From Candidatus Woesearchaeota archaeon (GTDB lineage: Archaea > Nanobdellota > Nanobdellia > Woesearchaeales > JAWBMQ01), in the NCBI GenBank assembly GCA_038825875.1, contig JAWBOS010000004.1, positions 1 to 61,664 of the forward strand: a DNA stretch of 61,664 nt, given 5' to 3'. A model generated the notes under the pieces. That model saw nothing but the letters and a program-made list of their open reading frames with translations, was not told the DNA's origin and did no database searches. Every line of letters starts with the position of its first letter. Within the stretch, counting starts at the first letter, position 1. Both the position numbers and the translations under genes were made by a program. Below are positions 57,780 to 61,664 of this stretch, piece by piece.

Positions 57780-59185
57780 ATAACCTTTTTGAGATAAAAA
57801 AATATGAAATTCCTTTTTACAGGTTTAAAAAATTTGGTAATAAGTATTTAGTTACTACTGATTCAGGAGCTTGGATTTTTCTAACTGAAGATGAGTTCTA
57901 TTTATTCTATAATCATTCACTCTCATCTGAGTTATACAGAAAATTAGAAGAAAAAAATATAATAATTACACCAGAAAATAGGAAAAACATTGTAATGAAG
58001 TATCTTAATTTTTATTGGCCAAGGTATTTAGGAGCTTCTTTATTGATAGTAGTGCCTACATTAAGATGTAATTTTACATGCAAGTATTGTTATTCTTATA
58101 GGAAGAATGAAAACGAGATGGGATATGATATGACTTTGGAAGTAGCTTGCAAGATTTTAGATTTGATTTTTCAAACACCAGCTCCACACATAGTTTTAGA
58201 ATTTACAGGCGGGGAACCATTATTAAATTTTGAGATAATTAAGTACATGATTGAAGAATGTGAAAAAATAAAAAAGTATCATAATAAATCAGTTTCATAT
58301 GCAATTGTAACAAATGGTTATTATTTAGATGAAGAAAAATTTAATTTTCTAAGTAAATATGGTTGTGGAATTTGTATAAGTTTCGATGGACCCAAAGAAT
58401 TACATGATTTTCATAGAAAAATTACCAACAATCCTAAGCAAAGTAGTTATGATCTGGTTGTTGAGAAAATAAAGTGGTTGTTCAAAGAAAAGTATCCATT
58501 TGTATTTGCGATTCCTGTTATAACAAAAAAGAGTTTTGCTTATTGGAAAGAGATTATTGATGAATACGTTAAATTGGGAATATTAACATATAGATTTAAA
58601 TTTATGAGCTTTTTTGGATTTGCGTCAAATTACAAGATTTGGACTGAGTTAGGAGCTACACCTGAAGAGTTCGTTGAGTTTTGGAAAAAATCTGTTGATT
58701 ACTTGATAGAATTAAATAAGAAAGGAATTAAAGCAAAGGAGAATATTGCGGGATATATATTAGCAAAACTTTTTAGGACTAGACCAGCGGGATTTGCAGA
58801 ATTAGAGATTCCTTGCGGTGCTACAATAGGTCAATTACTCTTTAATTATGAGGGATCTATTTATCCTTGTGATGAAGCTAGAATTTTTCCTAATTTTAGG
58901 ATTGGGTCTGTATTTACTCATAAATATGAAGATTTGATTTTACATCCAACGACTACATCTTTAATAAATGCTTCTTCAATGGTGGAATCTTGCTATTCTT
59001 GTGTATATTATCCTTATTGTGGTAGTTGTCCCGTGGAGGATTATAATAGGTATAAAACCATGATAGTAAATATACCTTCTTCATATAGATGTAGAGTTTA
59101 TAAAGGAATGTTTGATTATATTTTCCAAAAATTAAGTGAAGATGAAGAAGTTATGAAGATTTTTCAAAATTGGGTGGGGGTGTAG
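57776..59185 (+). CDS. radical SAM/SPASM-domain maturase (anSME/HxsB-like architecture)
   Basis: LRCNFTCKYCYS (CX3CX2C), FTGGEPLL, and a SPASM tail: CGATIGQLLFNYEGSIYPC .. CYSCVYYPYCGSC .. C. Confidence 0.88.
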   Translation: MNNLFEIKKYEIPFYRFKKFGNKYLVTTDSGAWIFLTEDEFYLFYNHSLSSELYRKLEEKNIIITPENRKNIVMKYLNFYWPRYLGASLLIVVPTLRCNFTCKYCYSYRKNENEMGYDMTLEVACKILDLIFQTPAPHIVLEFTGGEPLLNFEIIKYMIEECEKIKKYHNKSVSYAIVTNGYYLDEEKFNFLSKYGCGICISFDGPKELHDFHRKITNNPKQSSYDLVVEKIKWLFKEKYPFVFAIPVITKKSFAYWKEIIDEYVKLGILTYRFKFMSFFGFASNYKIWTELGATPEEFVEFWKKSVDYLIELNKKGIKAKENIAGYILAKLFRTRPAGFAELEIPCGATIGQLLFNYEGSIYPCDEARIFPNFRIGSVFTHKYEDLILHPTTTSLINASSMVESCYSCVYYPYCGSCPVEDYNRYKTMIVNIPSSYRCRVYKGMFDYIFQKLSEDEEVMKIFQNWVGV

Positions 59186-59186
59186 G

Positions 59187-60137
59187 ATGATCTTAATGGA
59201 TTCATACTTTAAGATTGGTATTATTTCAAAGTGTAATCTTAATTGTAGGTTCTGTTCGACAGCAGGCAAATCAGATGAGCTTTCATTAGAAGAGATAAAG
59301 GAGTTAATTTTAAATGCTATAAAACAGAGAAAAGTTCCTATGATTACGGGTGGAGAACCATTATTACATCCTAACTTTTTTGATATTCTTTCCTTTATGA
59401 AAGAAAATCATATTCGTGGTGTGGTGGAGTCAAATGGTCTTTTACTGCTAGATTCCAATATTTATGATAGATTAAAACCTTTCTTAAAGGATTTTATTAC
59501 TTTTGATTTTTTGATCAATGGTTTTAATTCTAATTTACATGATTATCTTAGTGGGAAAGAAGGAAGTTTTTTTGGACTTTTAAAAATATTGGAGCGATTT
59601 CAGTCAGACTCTATTCCTTTCAATCTTCACGTAGTTATCAATAAAGTTAATTATAGATATCTTCCTAATATTGCAAGTTTAGCTTTAAGGTTTAATGCTC
59701 AACAGATAAGATTTATCTTTATACTTCCATTAGGTAATGCAGATAAGTATTTTGAGGAACTCATTCCATTTTTAAGTCTCGTTAGGCCATACTTATATTC
59801 GGTCTTAAAAAAATTATTGTTTGAGGATATTAGAGTATATTTTGAAAACATCCCTTATTGCGTTATTCCTTATTTTGAAAAATATATTCAATCCTTTGAT
59901 TTGACATTTAAGACAAAAAAAGATGAAAAATTTTGTTCTATTTGTGCTTTTGATTTGATTTGTGATGGTTTTTATGAGTGGTATCTTTTGAGGAAAGCAG
60001 ATGATGAATTTGTTTCGATTTCTCCATATAGAGAAAAACTCACTACAAAGCTAAGATTAACTCAAGATGCACATCCATTTTTGGATAATTATTTTCTAGT
60101 CCAATCATCTTTTGATCCAAATGTTAGGCCAATCTAA
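59187..60137 (+). CDS. radical SAM enzyme with a C-terminal 4-Cys domain (paralog 2)
   Basis: SKCNLNCRFCST (CX3CX2C), ITGGEPLL, and C-terminal IPYC..x24..CSICAFDLICDG. Confidence 0.85.
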   Translation: MILMDSYFKIGIISKCNLNCRFCSTAGKSDELSLEEIKELILNAIKQRKVPMITGGEPLLHPNFFDILSFMKENHIRGVVESNGLLLLDSNIYDRLKPFLKDFITFDFLINGFNSNLHDYLSGKEGSFFGLLKILERFQSDSIPFNLHVVINKVNYRYLPNIASLALRFNAQQIRFIFILPLGNADKYFEELIPFLSLVRPYLYSVLKKLLFEDIRVYFENIPYCVIPYFEKYIQSFDLTFKTKKDEKFCSICAFDLICDGFYEWYLLRKADDEFVSISPYREKLTTKLRLTQDAHPFLDNYFLVQSSFDPNVRPI

Positions 60138-60144
60138 TTAAATC

Positions 60145-61194
60145 TTAAATCTTTATTGTTTCAAACTCAATTTTTTCAGCAAATTCTTCAAAGTCAAAAA
60201 AATTCCTTAATTCTTTTATGTAATATGGAATTGCTAGAATACTTGTTGTAAGATACATTTCCTTACCTATTTCTAAGAGGATATACCTTATTTTGTAACA
60301 TAAATCAAGGAACATTCTAAATTTTTCATCATCCTTTAAGTTACTTATAAAAAATTCATTTAATTCGTCTAGCATATTATTACTTAGTTTGAAGATTGCA
60401 GTATCACAAAGTTCAAATTCTAAGGGGATTTTTATTATTTTTTCTATATCTTGGAATTTTAAAGTTTTGTGAGCAAATCTTGTTTTTGTAACTTTTTTAA
60501 TTCTCTCGTTTTCAATATTTGGTAATGAAGAAAGAAGGTAAATTATTTTCGGATTATAGAGGACTAATTGCTTTATAAGAAGTTCGTCAGCAAAATTAAT
60601 AAAAATTTTTGAATCTTCTATTTCCTTATTGAGTTCTAACAGTTTAATTAAATGATAAATTAATTCTTCTTTTTTTTCACTCTTAAAAATTTTTATTTTA
60701 ATGGTAATATCCTTTATGATTGTAAAGAAATCTTTAAAGACAGCGAATACTTGATCTTCATATTTTTGAATAGCACCAGGACATACATTTCTTACTTTAC
60801 AGAATTTACAATCTTCAAAATATAATAGGTCTAAAAGATCCTTTTCCCTAATAAATCCTTTTAGTGCAAAGTATTGCAAATCTAAACTGTATTTTGGAAA
60901 ATCTTGCATATAGCATAAAGGGATATTAAGCGTATAAAATTCTTTTTTATTTTCTATAAGATTTCTAATTAATAAAATAAGATATTTTTCAATTTTAAAG
61001 AGTTCTCTCTGTGAATGATATATGATAATCGTTTTGTCAGATTTCACGGTTTCATTAACAATATTTTTTATTAAATCAAAAGATAGATCATCAGATAAGT
61101 TTATGATTAGAAAATCATTGTAATTAATCACTCTTTGAGAGCCTTCATAAGTTTCCACAAATTCTTTAAGTTCTTTGTATTTTAAGGGATTCAT
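60145..61194 (-). CDS. radical-SAM-related protein lacking the CX3CX2C motif but keeping the C-terminal-type 4-Cys domain (paralog 3), plus a ~200-aa extension
   Basis: No CX3CX2C anywhere. IPLC..x34..CKFCKVRNVCPG sits mid-protein. ATG at 61194 (the track TTG is at 61203). Confidence 0.6.
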   Translation of the reverse strand: MNPLKYKELKEFVETYEGSQRVINYNDFLIINLSDDLSFDLIKNIVNETVKSDKTIIIYHSQRELFKIEKYLILLIRNLIENKKEFYTLNIPLCYMQDFPKYSLDLQYFALKGFIREKDLLDLLYFEDCKFCKVRNVCPGAIQKYEDQVFAVFKDFFTIIKDITIKIKIFKSEKKEELIYHLIKLLELNKEIEDSKIFINFADELLIKQLVLYNPKIIYLLSSLPNIENERIKKVTKTRFAHKTLKFQDIEKIIKIPLEFELCDTAIFKLSNNMLDELNEFFISNLKDDEKFRMFLDLCYKIRYILLEIGKEMYLTTSILAIPYYIKELRNFFDFEEFAEKIEFETIKI

Positions 61195-61199
61195 TTTTA

Positions 61200-61664
61200 T
61201 CAATCCTTTGGAATTAATGGAAATTCCTCATAATTATTCAGTATTTCCTCTTTAGATGTGATAGGTTTTCCAGGTACAGGGATAAATTCATCAGATCCGA
61301 ATTTTAGTGGATATTCTTTCCATGGGCCTTCGCAAATAAATCGGAATCTACAAAATCCACATTGTTCGAACAAAGTCTTTCCCTCAGTAGTTCTTACTTT
61401 TTTGAAATCCCAAATATATCGTTCTTTTTCTTTTACTATTGTTTTTTCAGGGATATATAGTTCAGAAACAAATCTTTCATAACCTTTCATTAAGCAATAT
61501 GGAACCGCCTCGTTCATTACATTAATGTTATGAATTGCAGCATATTTAGTTCCTTTTTTCATATAAACTATTGCTTCACTCATAGTTGGCATCATAGATT
61601 CGATATTGACCCATGCATTTCCAGCAGCATGAACAAAAGCATATTGGAACTGATCTACTTTTAG
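61200..61664 (-). CDS. C-terminal part of a further radical-SAM-type protein (paralog 4), truncated by the window edge
   Basis: The frame stays open upstream of the track Met to base 61664 (LKVDQFQYAFVHAAGNAWVNIES-MMPT..). The C-terminus has VPYC..x44..CGFCRFRFICEG. Confidence 0.65.
   Translation of the reverse strand, partial: LKVDQFQYAFVHAAGNAWVNIESMMPTMSEAIVYMKKGTKYAAIHNINVMNEAVPYCLMKGYERFVSELYIPEKTIVKEKERYIWDFKKVRTTEGKTLFEQCGFCRFRFICEGPWKEYPLKFGSDEFIPVPGKPITSKEEILNNYEEFPLIPKD

Overview
This is a 61.7-kb, very AT-rich archaeal chromosome fragment. I infer a small-genome DPANN-type archaeon from the archaeal information-processing genes, a strongly divergent 23S rRNA, short proteins and many pilin-like or surface proteins; this taxonomy is not verifiable here.

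RNA genes: the window starts inside a 23S rRNA (3' ~1.44 kb) with no linked 5S. It holds three tRNAs (Val-GAC, an intron-containing Leu-CAA, and a Glu-UUC whose anticodon loop reads as 8 nt) and an SRP (7S) RNA.

Coding genes: about 75 CDS. Core genes include topA, thiI, a RecJ/HAN-like nuclease, aIF-1A, NAC, Sec61-beta, MCM, EF-1alpha-S10, TFE, TFB, SRP54, XPD, Sua5/YrdC, SppA and Topo VI-B. The classic archaeal superoperon is present: proteasome-alpha, SBDS, Rrp4, Rrp41, Rrp42, RpoK, L35Ae, L7Ae, S28e, L24e.

Accessory regions of interest:
1. A dense island at 54.3-61.7 kb runs off the window edge. Six of its eight genes are radical-SAM-type: one B12-binding class, one full SPASM maturase, and four paralogs sharing a C-terminal 4-Cys domain (one of which lacks the SAM-cluster motif, and one is truncated by the window edge so its motif cannot be assessed). 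Two small non-enzymatic proteins sit among them. There is no recognisable known pathway context. This is the best candidate for an undescribed system.
2. Five tandem genes at 37.0-39.5 kb encode small Cys-patterned proteins with a type IV pilin-like N-terminus. Two of them have a duplicated promoter and signal-peptide module.
3. A processive GT2 synthase is followed by two paralogous single-pass membrane proteins.
4. Paired lipobox proteins and several large surface proteins are present.

All functional calls come from motifs read in the supplied translations. No database search was possible.
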